DNA of 64,000 nt from Octopus bimaculoides (GCF_001194135.2 NC_069002.1:3757398-3821397); one strand, 5' to 3'. Shown: positions 21,988 to 36,532, counted from the stretch's first letter. Numbers and translations: made by a program. The notes: generated from the letters alone by a model not told the origin.

Positions 21988-24031
21988 AGAAACCTTAAGA
22001 GATAATGCATTTGTTTTTCAGGCTTACAATATACAGCTGCTATGAAAAAGTTTGACAGACCAACAGAAAAAATAATAATAATAATAATAATCATTTGGTA
22101 GTTTTATTATAAATAATTACAAATAAAATTTAAATATAAAAAAAAAGATCACAAACCAATAAGAGAGCATCTATATGGTCAGTTGACCTTGCTAGAAATA
22201 GAAGCCAAATGTCTTTGAAATTATACTTTATCATTTATNNNNNNNNNNNNNNNNNNNNNNNNNNNNNNNNNNNNNNNNNNNNNNNNNNNNNNNNNNNNNN
22301 NNNNNNNNNNNNNNNNNNNNNNNNNNNNNNNNNNNNNNNNNNNNNNNNNNNNNNNNNNNNNNNNNNNNNNNNNNNNNNNNNNNNNNNNNNNNNNNNNNNN
22401 NNNNNNNNNNNNNNNNNNNNNNNNNNNNNNNNNNNNNNNNNNNNNNNNNNNNNNNNNNNNNNNNNNNNNNNNNNNNNNNNNNNNNNNNNNNNNNNNNNNN
22501 NNNNNNNNNNNNNNNNNNNNNNNNNNNNNNNNNNNNNNNNNNNNNNNNNNNNNNNNNNNNNNNNNNNNNNNNNNNNNNNNNNNNNNNNNNNNNNNNNNNN
22601 NNNNNNNNNNNNNNNNNNNNNNNNNNNNNNNNNNNNNNNNNNNNNNNNNNNNNNNNNNNNNNNNNNNNNNNNNNNNNNNNNNNNNNNNNNNNNNNNNNNN
22701 NNNNNNNNNNNNNNNNNNNNNNNNNNNNNNNNNNNNNNNNNNNNNNNNNNNNNNNNNNNNNNNNNNNNNNNNNNNNNNNNNNNNNNNNNNNNNNNNNNNN
22801 NNNNNNNNNNNNNNNNNNNNNNNNNNNNNNNNNNNNNNNNNNNNNNNNNNNNNNNNNNNNNNNGCTTCTACTTATAGGCTTTGCTTGACCGATTCCTTTC
22901 TAGTAAAACTTGGTAGACAGAAACAGAGCAGAAATCTATTACATGTGTGTAGGTGGGTGGGGGTGAGGGTGTCTCTTTTGTCAATGTTTTTTTTAACCTT
23001 TTATGTATTTCAATAATTGGATTGTGACCATGCAAGGTTTCGTGTGGGAGTTCTCAACCATTTTTTTTATCTATGGACCCCTTTGATTACTATTTTATTC
23101 TGGTGGACCCCGCCATAACCATTCAATGTTTAAAAACTAGTTTTATAGAAAGTTTTTTCAAAATTCCCATTTTGTTCTTCACACATTAACTTGTGTAAAA
23201 TATTAGAAAAAGAAACCCAGCTGTTTCTTGTAATACGTACCAATACATACATCTGAAGCAAAATTGTTCAAGGTCCCTTAAAATACTGTTTTGTTACCTA
23301 GACCCCACTCCCCAGTCTTATATGGCCCCTGAGTGTCCATATAGATCCCGGCTGGGAACCACTGGTTTAGTGGAACAAATCACTCCCAGTATTTGTTGAG
23401 TTAAACTTGGTACTCATTTTAGCATTCTCTTTTGCCAAACTGCTCAGTAATGGGGATGTAAGTAAACCAACACCAGTAATCGAATGGTGGGGCTGAGGTT
23501 GACAAACACACACACACATTTACAATGAGTTTCAATACAGTTTCTGTCTACCAAATTCACTAACAAGGCATCAATCAACTCCAGGTCACAGAGCTATAGT
23601 AGAAGACCATAGAGGGTGCCATGCATTGGGACTGAACCCAAAATATAGAACATGGTCGCAAAGCAAGCGTCCTAACCACTCAGCCATACCTGTACCTATA
23701 CTAACAAAAGATTTACAAATCAGCGAAAATGACAGATAAACCAGTGTTTTGATAAAAATAAAAAATACTGTCTGGTATTGATTCCACCTTACTTTCATGG
23801 ACACTCCCTTGCAACATCTGCCCTCAGATATACAGAGAAACAGTGTGACTGCTCCATTCAAGGCTTCTAACCCCCAACAATGTTTATTATTGTTTATAAA
23901 AATGCATGATATAAAAAATAATGTAATTTATTTACTACAAAAATAATAACAGCAGTAGCAGCAACATTAATTTCCGGTGATGAGGAAATGTAACATAGAA
24001 ATAAGAATGTCATAGTAAGCAGTAATATATA

Positions 24032-24195
24032 GGGGCAGGAGTGGCTGTGGGTAAGTAGCTTGCTTACCAACCACATGGTTCTGGGTTCAGTCCCACTGCG
24101 TGGCACGTTGGACAAGTGTCTTTCTACTATAGCTTCGGGTCGACCAAAGCCTTGTGAATGGATTTGGCAGGCAGAAACTGAAAGAAGCCCATCAA

Positions 24196-24228
<33 letters not shown>

Positions 24229-24430
24229 CAAATATGTTTGTTCCCCCACTATCACTTGACAACCAATACTGGTGTGTTTATGTCCCCATAACTTAGCAGT
24301 TCAACAAAAGGGATTGATAGAATAAGTACTAGGCTTATAAAGAATAAGTCCTGGGGTCGGTATGTTCGACAAAAGGCAATGCTCCAGCATGGCCAGTCAA
24401 ATGATTGAAACAAGTAAAAGAATAAAAGAA
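24032..24430 (+). mobile_element. SINE family A, full length
   Basis: Head, core and tail (GCTCCAGCATGGCCAGTCAAATGATTGAAACAAGTAAAAGAATAAAAG) are all present. Confidence 0.85.
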
Positions 24431-27029
24431 TATCTTTTACTCCCTCAGCAAATATTTTAAGATCCATTTTTCGAGGGTTTGCAGCAGAGACGATCATCAT
24501 CACCATCATTTAATGCCTGCTTTCCATCCTGGCATGGGTTGAATGGTTTGACAGAATCTGATGTTCTACAGGGTTGTACTGACTTCCAGTGACAGCGCTT
24601 CTTTGGCACGTTATTTTTATGGCTGGATTCCCTTGCTAATGCCCACTGCTCTGCAGAGTGTACCGGGTGCTTTTTTTCATGCTACCAGCACTAGTGAGCT
24701 TGCCAAGTAACTTGCAAGATGATAAAAGAACAGGAAAAGGAAAACCTCCATCGTATAAGCGAGAGTATTTGAGGGTGAGGTGAGGTTTTATGTCAGAAGT
24801 TGAGCGGCTGAAGTAGGGTTGCATAACAAGCACAGGTGTCTAGCTATAGAAAAGATACATTCCATACCATATACAGACAGGTGGGAGTATCTGGAGAGAA
24901 GGTAGAGGCGGTGGGGATGAGTTGTCAGAATCTTTACTGGTATGGGACATTGGATAGACTGCTAAATGTGGGGCACAGGCCCCACAGGTTGGGCCTGGGA
25001 AAATTGTGGTGGAGTGTGGTTTTGTAGTTGCCAGGCACAAGGTTCTCATTAAAGTGATTCATTTGTTTTCTTAGTCAATAAGTTTTTTTTCTTTTTTTGG
25101 TATTCAGTACTTAATAAAAGAGATACTGGTAGATTCTTTTGAATTAAATAATTGATAGAATATTAAAAATAATATGGTGCCTTGGGCAAGAGTCTTTTGC
25201 TATAGCCCTGAGCCAACCAAAGCCATGTGAGTGGATTTGGTAGATAGAAACTAAAAGAAGCCCATAGTGTGTGTGTGTGTGTTCGCGCGTATGGGGGGNN
25301 NNNNNNNNNNNGGGGGGGGGTGAGTGTTTGTACATTTGTGTTTTCTTGTCTCGGCATTGTGTGATAGTTGTAAATGAGTGTCACTGTCATACAAGCAGTG
25401 TCATTCTGCAAAAACATATTTGGCAATGAGGAAATATTACCTTGCTGGGAAACAGGTAAGTGTTGATGACAGGAAGAGCAGCCAGCCGTAAAAAAATCTA
25501 CCTCAATAAACTCCATCCGACCCATGAAAGCACGGAAAAGTAGATATTAAAATGATGATCCTCACCATCATTATCATTTCAAATTATCCAAAAATTGTGT
25601 AGAACACTATGTGTTAATTAAGTCAGTATCCTGTTAAATTATGTCCTCAAACAGAAGAAACTGTTTGTACTGAAGTAAAGTAAACTGTTCTGTTAGGTTT
25701 TTGTAAAGTCTTGCTGCTTCTGTTCGCTGGTTTCTTTCCGTATATTCAATTAGATCTCACATTTTATGGAATTCTTGTAGAGTTACTAACAAAATGACTG
25801 ACGAGCCAGAAGTTGGTATAGGATACTTTTGAAATTTGTGCTTTGGGGATCGACAGAAGCTTCATCAAACACAGAACTGTCCTTTTGAAGCTAAAAAGAT
25901 TCAGCTAAAAGATTCAGCATGAAAGAATTTGAATTATGGGTATCTTGTGTAATGTTAGCACACATCAAAATACATTCCTAAAGTATAGCATTTAGCAGGA
26001 AAGTAAACCAAAGATTATTTACATTAACAAAAGAGAAGTCTTTTTACTGAGTCTCAGACAAACTCTATGAACCGAGACTGAACTTAATAGTCAATCCTCT
26101 TCTGTAGACTTATCTTTCAAAACTGATATCTGAGGTCACTGCTCCACCCTCTCAGTTAAGACAGTGCTAGGTAGAGTGGAAGGGGACTGTACAAAGAAAT
26201 AAATGGCACTGAATCAATCAGACCCTTGCTGGAATGGGGTCACCTTAAAGGGGTTGCATGAAATATACAGGTTCACTCAGTTCTTGAGTTCAAGCTTGTC
26301 TACTTAACCAAGCAGGAGGAAGCAAGAGTAATGCATCAAGTTGTAACCCTTTTGGTACACCAACCTGCCAATACTGCCCCTGGACCCATGAGACAAACTT
26401 CCTGTTTTATAGAGATCTAAATTAAAACTATCCATCAAAATTTCATGCTAATTTATGTTTGAAATCCCAGTTTAGTAATGACAGAGTTATTTTACTAAAT
26501 TCTTCATTAATTTAAAAATTAATTGAAACAAAGGCAGGGCAATTCAATAGGAATTTTATAACAAAAGAAATAACATGTTAACCACCACGGCCTGTTACTC
26601 GAACTCACTTGTTACACCACATATTTTGCGCAGTTACACTGCATACTGTCTGATTACAAATGTAATTTTTTTTTTGCATTTTTACAATATTTCATAAATA
26701 AACTTTAATAATTAACATTCGTGTTGTTATCTTCAAAACCATGTCAAAGATACAGAATAAAATGTTTTCTCAAATTATGAAAATGTACCACCGATGGTGC
26801 ATATTGCGGTTGTGTGAAGTCTGTGACAAACTGCTGATGGTACATGTGGCAGTTAACGTGTTAAAGAACTATGTAGACTTTATATTTTGGAGAAAGTCTA
26901 CAATGTGGCGAAAATTATATGAGAATTGTTAATGACAATGATCAATTAATTAGTTGAAGATGATTGTTTGGTATCCAATCAATTTATATTCAAAGACTTT
27001 AATACGGTCTTTTTTCTTTCACAGTAGAA

Positions 27030-27460
27030 TGCTGTGTGGGGACCAGCATGCCAAAGAATAGACCCAACATTCCCTCTGCATGTCATAAAAAGAGACTTAA
27101 AACAAGTTGAGGTAGCATTTGCACTTTGACCTCATAAAACCCTCACCAGCAATGACGACCCAAACAAATCTAACAAGTCCTCTCCCCCGGGGAAGTACCT
27201 TCATTGCCTATAAAGCACATTGTATGAAATGGTTGGGGGCCAAGATGTCAAGACGCCCATCCACCTAAAGGGGAAAACTCTGGAGGACAGGTTGGGTTGG
27301 AGGGTTGTCGCAAGGGGTGCAAGGGTGTCATGCACCAGGAGTAAGGAATCTCAGTTCCACCTGAGAAAGCCTATTTAGTGGATGCAGCAACATGCAGCAT
27401 GCCCCCATACCCGACAAGGGAAGGACACCTTAGTAAGAATGGATGAACAGAACACTATGG
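27030..27460 (+). mobile_element. Probable LINE (RTE-type) 5' region relic
   Basis: GC-richer island with CCCTCTGCATGTCATAAAAAGAGACTTAAA and AAAGCCTATTTAGTGGATGCAGCAAC, motifs I associate with RTE 5' UTRs. No ORF is retained. Confidence 0.3.
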
Positions 27461-27567
27461 TTTTGAAATTTATTCAAAAGGTCCTTTTCAATCATGAAAA
27501 ACTGCATCCCCCTTAGTGGGAATCTACACAACAAGGATCATTTGCTGCTAATAGAAACTTACTTTAA

Positions 27568-27786
27568 CCCTTTTGATGCTAACATGGTAGAGATCACGCC
27601 TGGTTCTTTGATGCAAACATCTTGTTTTATAATGATCTAAATTCAAACCTTACATCAAAATTTCATGTTAATTTAAATTCCAAACTTAAGAATAACACAG
27701 TTATTATTTCCCTAAATCCTTCATTATCTTCAAGTTTAATTGAAACAAAGGCCATATACATCAACAAAAATATGGTAACAAAAGGG
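27568..27786. mobile_element. piggyBac-type MITE (TTAA-CCC...GGG-TTCA)
   Basis: TIR CCCTTTTG / CAAAAGGG flanked by TTAA and TTCA. A diverged second copy lies at 26347-26573. Confidence 0.65.
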
Positions 27787-28076
27787 TTCAAGCACTGCAA
27801 TTAACAAGATTATCCCAGTCTTGTTCTTGTGTCTTCACATTTGAATTAAGAAGTTCACTCAGATACTTCTTAATAAATTAATTATAAAATTAACAAAACG
27901 TCGATGTAAAACATTGTTAGAATTTAAGCTGATTCACTGGTCATTCTGATTTGTGTTTCATTTCCCAAACTGACCAATGATATTCTGCAAGGTTTCATTA
28001 TAACAATATATATGTACTGATACTGCATCTGCTACCAGGTTCCAAAGAAAAACCGAAACACTTTGCATAGAATTGA

Positions 28077-28125
28077 ACCTGAGCACTTTGTAGTGCACCT
28101 GAGCACTTTGTAGTGCACCTGAGCA
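28077..28125. repeat. 20-bp tandem repeat x2.5
   Basis: ACCTGAGCACTTTGTAGTGC twice perfectly, then ACCTGAGCA. Confidence 0.8.
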
Positions 28126-31100
28126 TTTGTATACAATCAGTTCATTATTCTCAGTTTAACCTTTCGCATTAGTAAATTCAGATAAAATATTACGAGGGGA
28201 GGGGGAAAAATGGTTCTTTGCAAACATCCTGAGAAGAATGATAATAAAACAATAAATCAACCAGAGCCACGCCCTTCACAAAACCTGCACAATATCTTCC
28301 TAAAATAATTCTAAACATTTTACAGTTAAATGTTAGCTATCTTCATTCTCTAATTAATCACTGTTCATAACACACACACACAATTAATTCTTTAATTATT
28401 GACATGTTTCTAGAAATTCTTCTTCATTTTGGCTATTTTTTATTTTTCTAGATATTTTGTATTTGAACACACCAAAAAAAAAAAAAGTTGCAGAATGGAA
28501 TTAAATCCAGCATTTACACCACAAATATTAGTATTTCGTGTTTTACAATATATTATTATTGTTTTATAATACATTTCTTCCAAATATTTACACAAATATT
28601 AGAATATATCCTTAATTTTTAGATTTTACAGGGAGCATAAGATAGATGACTATCATTTCCTATTAAAAAAAGAAAGAAAAAGGAGGGTGTGTGTGTGTGT
28701 GCAATATCTGCAGAAGTGCTGTGACTACAAAACATTTTATAACAAACAAGACATAGAATAAAAATATAAGTGAAATACAAAAGAATTGTTTTCAATGCAA
28801 GTCATGATCNNNNNNNNNNNNNNNNNNNNNNNNNNNNNNNNNNNNNNNNNNNNNNNNNNNNNNNNNNNNNNNNNNNNNNNNNNNNNNNNNNNNNNNNNNN
28901 NNNNNNNNNNNNNNNNNNNNNNNNNNNNNNNNNNNNNNNNNNNNNNNNNNNNNNNNNNNNNNNNNNNNNNNNNNNNNNNNNNNNNNNNNNNNNNNNNNNN
29001 NNNNNNNNNNNNNNNNNNNNNNNNNNNNNNNNNNNNNNNNNNNNNNNNNNNNNNNNNNNNNNNNNNNNNNNNNNNNNNNNNNNNNNNNNNNNNNNNNNNN
29101 NNNNNNNNNNNNNNNNNNNNNNNNNNNNNNNNNNNNNNNNNNNNNNNNNNNNNNNNNNNNNNNNNNNNNNNNNNNNNNNNNNNNNNNNNNNNNNNNNNNN
29201 NNNNNNNNNNNNNNNNNNNNNNNNNNNNNNNNNNNNNNNNNNNNNNNNNNNNNNNNNNNNNNNNNNNNNNNNNNNNNNNNNNNNNNNNNNNNNNNNNNNN
29301 NNNNNNNNNNNNNNNNNNNNNNNNNNNNNNNNNNNNNNNNNNNNNNNNNNNNNNNNNNNNNNNNNNNNNNNNNNNNNNNNNNNNNNNNNNNNNNNNNNNN
29401 NNNNNNNNNNNNNNNNNNNNNNNNNNNNNNNNNNNNNNNNNNNNNNNNNNNNNNNNNNNNNNNNNNNNNNNNNNNNNNNNNNNNNNNNNNNNNNNNNTTC
29501 AAGAGTTCAACAAAAACAGTTTCCAGGGTTTCATGGAGCTGTAAGAATGGTCAAATACAAAAAAAAAGAAACATTTAACAAATTACAATTTTTGAAGAAC
29601 TATTTAAAAAAAGACACTTTATAAAAAAAAAATGTTGACTCCAATATGCATTGGTGTGCGACTTTGGCACATTACATGAGTTTTGAGGGTGGTTTCGATA
29701 AAACTAATTTCACTGTTACATTTCTTGTAATTTTTGTTTTTCACACCAAAATCAAAACCTTAGAACAGGTGATTTATTTTTCATATTTTACTTGTCACTA
29801 GACAGTGACCATGCCAGGGCACTGCCTTGAAGGGTTTAGTCGAATAAATTCATCTTAGTACTTGGTTTTTAAGCCTGGTACTCATTCTGTTGGTCTCTTT
29901 TGCCAAACCACTAAGTTAAACGGGTGAACCTGGAACCTTGTAGTTGGGAAGCAAAACAACTTACCACACAACCATCGTTTGAGAAAATGCAGGGGGAGAT
30001 AAACTATAGCCATTTACTTAACATTATCTCCCTTTATTACCACGAGTTTTTGTTTTGTTTTTTTTGAAGGTGCAATGTCAATTTTTTGCGATTGAATAGA
30101 CAATATGTTTCTCAATGAATTCCTCGAGAGGGGATAAAAGCCCATATCAGCCACTGCAGGAAATAGACTCAGAACACAGAGACACTCAACTAGACTTTCT
30201 TAACAAATATCTAGAATAACAAATTGAAACAGTGCAATCCTGAAGCCCTGTTCCATATGGTCTGTCATGGCAAACAGTCCTGCTTCGGCATTAAAACTTC
30301 ATTTCCTCCAAAACTAATTCGTTCCACTTTGAGCTTTATACAGAACCATTATGAAGTTGTCGTTTAAACTCCGCCCAGTTCTAATCAATCAAACCTATGA
30401 CCAAAAGCGTTCCTACCATGGCCATCTCACCTATATTTTCATTCGTACTTTTAGTCAATGCATTCTTTTCGTTAAGACAGCAGATGAGATCTGTTTAAAC
30501 CCAGCTCAATCGAAGCGATCGAACTCATGATCAAAAGCATTCCTGTCGTGACCATCTAGCTTGTATTTTAATACACAGTGTATTTAGGAGTGTTTTTATC
30601 AATTCATTCCTTCAAGACAGTAGGGTGTGATTGGGGGAGGGAATTAGGCTGTTATTTTAAGCAAATCTTGAACCTGTGTAAGAGGTTTCTTACATACACA
30701 ATGTAGCTTTGGAAAATAACAGATTTGAACCTAGTCTCTAGTAAATTGTTATGAGAAAAGAATTCAATGCTGCAAAAAGCTTGAAATATGGGCAAACAAT
30801 ATTTCAACACTGATGTAATATTAACTCTAAAGCCACATCAGTAGTGGTGGGTTGACATGGAAACGTATGAATGATTTCATTTAGTCTACTCGTTACATAA
30901 TTGTATTTTCTAGCTTTTAGACACACCTGTCTTTACAATATCTGCGGGGCTTAAGGGTGAAAGGGTCTTGAAACACCATTAAAGGTCGACAGGATATAAA
31001 AAGAAGAGATGAAAATGCATTAAATCATACATATAAAACAAGAATTCCTGCTGTGAACAAATTTTTAGAAAGTTAAATTGATGAATTACAATGATTGAAA

Positions 31101-31394
31101 AGCATCAGCCATTTTATAAAGTTTGTTAAAAAGTACAAAAATAAAATGTAAAAACAAAAACAACATTAAAAAAAGGATTAGAATCAAAGAATTCAAAGCA
31201 TTTGTCCAAGTTGTTATTTATTAGCTGCGGTAAACATTCCAAAATACACATCACATGGTAGTTTGTTTTTTTCAACATTTGAGACAGAAATATGTTAGAA
31301 ATAAAACAAAATACAGGGGTTGGTTAGTAGGTTTTTATGAAATAAAGGAATCTTTAGAATGGTGACAATTACAAATAAACTTTGATTTATTTTC

Positions 31395-31712
31395 TTACGC
31401 GGCATGTGTAAGGACATTCGAGCAAGATCGTTGCCAGTGCCCCTGGACTGGCTCCTGTGCAGGTGACACATAAAATACACCATTTTGAGCGTGGCCGTTG
31501 CCAATACTGCCTGACTGGCCTTCGTGCCAGTGGCACGTAAAAGCACCCACTACACTCTCGGAGTGGTTGGTGTTAGGAAAGGCATCCAGCCGTAGAAACT
31601 CTGCCAAATCAGATTGGAGCCTGGTGCAGCCATCTGGTTTCACCAGTTCTCAGTCAAATCGTCCAACCCATGCTAACATGGAAAGCAGACGTTAAACAAT
31701 AATGATGATGAT
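31395..31712 (+). mobile_element. RTE LINE 3' UTR fragment (family D) with (GAT)n tail running into (TA)n
   Basis: GGAGTGGTTGGTGTTAGGAAAGGCATCCAGC..GTCCAACCCATGCTAACATGGAAAGCAGACGTTAAAC..GATGATGAT. Similar copies lie at 43540-43770 and 58300-58530. Confidence 0.75.
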
Positions 31713-31729
31713 ATATATATATCTATATA

Positions 31730-31781
<52 letters not shown>

Positions 31782-32182
31782 CACATAGACAGAAACATAA
31801 TACTTGATTATGTTATAACACAGATATTTTACTACTAATATACATACAATCATAAGCCATAGAATAAGAAATATTACAACAGCCATTTGGTTTGTTTGTT
31901 CATGAACGTTTATTCATAACTACTGACATAATTGTAGTCTCCAGCTTTATTAAATCCAATTCATCCTTATCATTTAATGTCTACTTTTCAATGCTTGCAT
32001 GGAGCAAATAGAATTTGTTGACAGATTTTCTACAGCTGAATGCCCTTCCTGTTACGAACCCATATCTTGTTCTAAGCATGGTAATATTTCCCTCATAACT
32101 GGACATGGTTATCATGGAAAACACCACCGCTTGTATAACACTGATGCTCATTTACAACCACCACATGACGTCAAGACAAAAG

Positions 32183-32218
<36 letters not shown>

Positions 32219-32639
32219 GTGTACAATGTGTGCATATATATATTTTTTTTACCAGTGTATATTGTGAAGCAATGCAAACATTGTCAAGAAAAACTGATAA
32301 ACAGATGTTTTGGAACAGAAACACCCTGAGTCGTCGTATTCTACTCAAGTTGCACAGATTCTTCTCGATTATTCTCATCCAAAGAAACACAGCAAACCAG
32401 AAACTAGAACTAATGAAGCTAATCTAAACAAAATGCGATAAAAAAACGTACAAACCAAAAATAGTTATGAGTGAGACGGAGAGTATCATACAAAAGAAAT
32501 AGTATTCATTTTTTTTTTTGTACATAAAGGACCTGATCAACTTTTTGCACTTCCTTTTACCAGCTAGTATCCTGCTATTAAGAGCAATACTTATTTTATA
32601 TTATTTACATTATTTACACAATTTACATTTGATGGATAT

Positions 32640-32763
32640 TTGTCCTCATCTTGTTTGTTGTTAACACGTTTCACCTGATATACCCTCCAGCCTTCATCAG
32701 GTGTCTTGGGGAAATTTCAAACCTGGGTTCTCATTCCTAAGGTATTTTTCGATGTTGTTGTTG

Positions 32764-32804
<41 letters not shown>

Positions 32805-33109
32805 ATTCAGGTCACTGCCTGGAATCGAACTCGGAATCTTGGGGTAAGTAGCCTCTGCTCTTAACCACTGCACCACATGCCTGTGGGCAATTTTGGAGTG
32901 AATTTTAGGGCTTATAAATCTAATTTTCTCCTATCCTTCCTTAATACCGGTTCCCATATGCTACTCATATCTGAACTCGATCTGCTTAGGAGGTTATTGT
33001 GTCCTAGCATATGTTCTGCTTCTTTTAGTTTTCGTATTTTCCAGTGGTGTTCTCTGTCAATGATTTTAACTTCATCCCACAGGGGGAGGTGGTCTCCATT
33101 TTTTGGGGG
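32640..33109 (-). mobile_element. Penelope-like element 3' fragment: GIY-YIG C-terminus plus downstream pLTR-like part
   Basis: 33109->32912 reads PPKNGDHLPLWDEVKIIDREHHWKIRKLKEAEHM..IWEPVLRK*, matching the PLE endonuclease C-terminal pattern (W.xVKIxDRExxW.xRKxKEA). It is followed by a CTGATGA...GAAAC hammerhead-like core at 32663-32705. Confidence 0.75.
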
Positions 33110-33686
33110 GTTAGTTGTTGCTTAACAGATCGTTATTGAGCTTGATCATTTCTTCGTGGTGTGTATCACAATTGCTACTTGTATTCTTTACATATCCATC
33201 GAATCTAAATAGTGTAAATAATGTACATAATTCCTCATCTCTTAAATATAGAACTGTAATACTTATTTTATTGACCCCCACCCCTAAGGAGAGGATATGC
33301 AGGATGAAAAGCAAAGCCAACTTTGGTGGGGTTTCAATATATAAAAAAGGGACAAAGCAACTGAAACACTACAAGGCATAATAATCTGTAATAGTTTTCT
33401 GTTACAGTCTACAAAACACTTGAACAACAGGACAAAATTGAAAGGCACAATCTATTATACAAATGACATATATTATTCATAAGACTGGTAAACTATGGAA
33501 TGAAATTGAAGACATAATCTACTGGAGACATAATATTTATTCATAAAATAATTGATAAAGTAAGGAAGGTAATTGAAGACATAATCTAGTGTACATACAA
33601 TATTTATATAATTTTATTTAAGAGACAAATGTCAGGGAAATGAATATTTTAAATTAATTGTGATGTCTTTTTCCTTTTTTTAAAAA

Positions 33687-34050
33687 TCTTTTTACTTGTT
33701 TCAATATTTGTACTACAGTTATGCTGCAGTACTGCCTTGAAATGTCTAGTTGGGACAAATCGACCACAGAGCCTATATTTTTCAGCTTTGTACTTATTCT
33801 ATCAGTCACTTTTGTTGAACCACTAAGTTACAGGGACATAAATTAATGCTGATTGTCAAGTGGTATGTTGGGGACAAACACAAGGACACACATATACAAC
33901 AGGCTTCTTTCAGTTTCCATCTACCAAATCCACTCACAAGGCTTTGGTCAGCCTGAAGATACAGTAGCAGACACTTGCCCAAGGTTCCACGGCGTGGGAC
34001 TGAACCCAGAACTATGTGTTTGGCAAACTTCTTATAACGCAGCCATGTCT
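33687..34050 (-). mobile_element. SINE family A, reverse orientation
   Basis: Reverse complement of the family A head/core/tail. Confidence 0.75.
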
Positions 34051-35637
34051 AGCTTCTTTTTCTTTTTTTTTTAGAATCAACACTGAGATATATATTGTAC
34101 TTGAATCTAAGGGCCAAAGGTTCAAGTCCAGCCCTATGTACATTTCTCTGATATGAAACTAAGGTTGTAGTAAAGTGTTTTAAGATTTAGTTTAAGCTTT
34201 GCCAAAATAATAATATAATGTCTTCAATTTTCTTCCATACTTAAGCTGATTCAAAGCATTTGCTTTATACATATTCTTTCAACAACCTTTAATATTGATA
34301 ACAGAGTCACAATGGGAAAGTGGAGAGAAATGAAACAATATTTTCTCTGCAGCATGTTCACATCCTGCCATAAAAAATATAGATAACAATACTATAGCAA
34401 AATATAATAGATAACAATGGAATAAAGAAGTGACAAGTGCATAACAAAGAATATGGTTTTCAAAGATGCTCCCTCCTAAAACTACACATTCGGTACCACC
34501 TCTGTGGACTTGACACAGTTTCAAGAACCGAAAGGCTTCAGTAAAAAAAAAAAAAAAAAAGATTTGAAAAAGAAATCATGTATTTCACTGTTCTCTATAA
34601 ACTTTGAACAATCATACAGTTTTTCCAAACAACCGCAGAATTTCCACCGGTAATGCTAGAACTAACAATTACTCAATAATTGCAGGAAGCAAACAAGAAC
34701 AAATATGTCAAATAGTTCTTTTGAAAAATTAAATAACATTAGAAGAGGGTTTTTTTTTTTTTTTGTTTCTTTCACTAGTTTCATTCACTCAGCATTTTGG
34801 CCATGCTGGGGCACAACTTTCAAGGGTTTAACCCAGTACATAGTCAGGCACTCGTTTTATTATTCTTTATTTTAGCAAATGGCTGAGTTTACATCAAGTT
34901 ACAAGTTTTTAAGGAGTTATCTCCACTTCAGGAGCAAATACCACAAGGAACTCACACCAACTGACACAAGCGCACACAAATAATAGTATATATACACACA
35001 CACACACACACACACATACACTCACACAGAGCATAGGAATGCATGCATGACTGTGTGGTCAAGAAGTTAATTCTTCAACTGCATGGGTTCAGGTTCAATC
35101 CCACAGCGCAGCACCTTGGGCAAGTGTTTTATATCAAAATCCACTGCTTCGGTTGAATTTGGTAGATGGAATCTGTAAGGAGCTTGTCCTATGCATGTGA
35201 ATGTGTTCGTATGTATGTATGTATGAACATGTCTATCCTCATCAATGTTTGAACAAAACGGTACTATGGTTTCCATTCCTTATTAATATTACATCCAGTC
35301 GGTCTGCACTTTCTAAAACCTGTGGAACAGAAAATCACCAACTTTGAGAGAATCAGGTGAGGGCTGGTAACAGGAAGAACATCCATTGTCTTCCACACAA
35401 TTTCCATCTACCAAATTCCTCTTATATCGTGTTGGTCAACATGAGCCAATGATAGAAGAATCTATCCCAAAGGCACCATTTGGTGCTATGGAACCTAGAA
35501 CATGATTAAAATGTAAACTTTACAGCACATTTATAATTGTGCTCAATTATGATTAAAACCATTACAAATTAAAAATACTAACACTGAAAGTATATTGATG
35601 TTTGTAGTGAAGAATACAGAGTTTTGTGCCATCTTGA

Positions 35638-35863
35638 CCCTTTAGTATTGAAGTTGACCAGATCCAGCCCAAATATTTTAACTGCTTTATGCTCAAACAG
35701 ACCAGATACATCCTCTCACACCTATCCTACACTAACAATGTCATTCTAAAAATAAACAATTGTGTCACTGAAATCTTGAAGCTATGTGATAATGCGTGAT
35801 TAATTCAAAGCAATGTGAATGAATAAGCAATACATTTCACAGAGGACTCTGAACGTTGTAGGG
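35638..35863. mobile_element. CCC...GGG-terminated MITE (piggyBac-like ends)
   Basis: TTGA-CCCTTTAG ... GTAGGG-TTAG. An inverted diverged copy lies at about 41519-41733. Confidence 0.55.
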
Positions 35864-36275
35864 TTAGATACAAATGGGAAGTAAAAATAGATAAAACTGC
35901 ACTGTTGTGGTGCTGTTATAATAACAAGAAATATAAATAACAGAAGAGGGAAAAAAAATATTTAGAGCGACAGCAGTGAAATTAATTTGGAAGGGATAAT
36001 TATTGTATAGATTATTTGTAAAATCCTCTAAGACATTGGAAGATGGCCTGCAAAATGGACTTAGCCAGTAATGATTGCTTGTAAAGAAGTAACCAGAAAT
36101 AAAGTAAACAGGTCAGATGACTTCTTTTCTAAGTCATGTTGACATAGACGAATTGTTAAATTGAGAACTGAAGAATGTTTGTTGATATGACGATGAGATT
36201 AAAGATGAGTGGGGAGTAAAGAAAACTAATATTAATTAATATGTATGTGCATGTGTGGCAGTCTCTTATAGAAGG

Positions 36276-36307
<32 letters not shown>

Positions 36308-36460
36308 GTTTCATCTTCCATGGATAGATAACAGAAAATCATTAATGATCCAAGGATTAAAGAAAACCATTCACACAAGGAAAGGCTGAATACATTTGAA
36401 TGTAAAATAGAACATTTATTAATTGCAGAGTATCCAACAATTGTATGAAAGTTTTAAAGC

Positions 36461-36532
36461 TGGTAAGCCAGAGCTTAACAATCTCTTTTGAGAGATTGGT
36501 AAGCCAGAGCTTAACAATCTCTTTTGAGAGAT
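36461..36532. repeat. Perfect 36-bp tandem duplication
   Basis: TGGTAAGCCAGAGCTTAACAATCTCTTTTGAGAGAT x2 with no mismatch. Confidence 0.9.
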
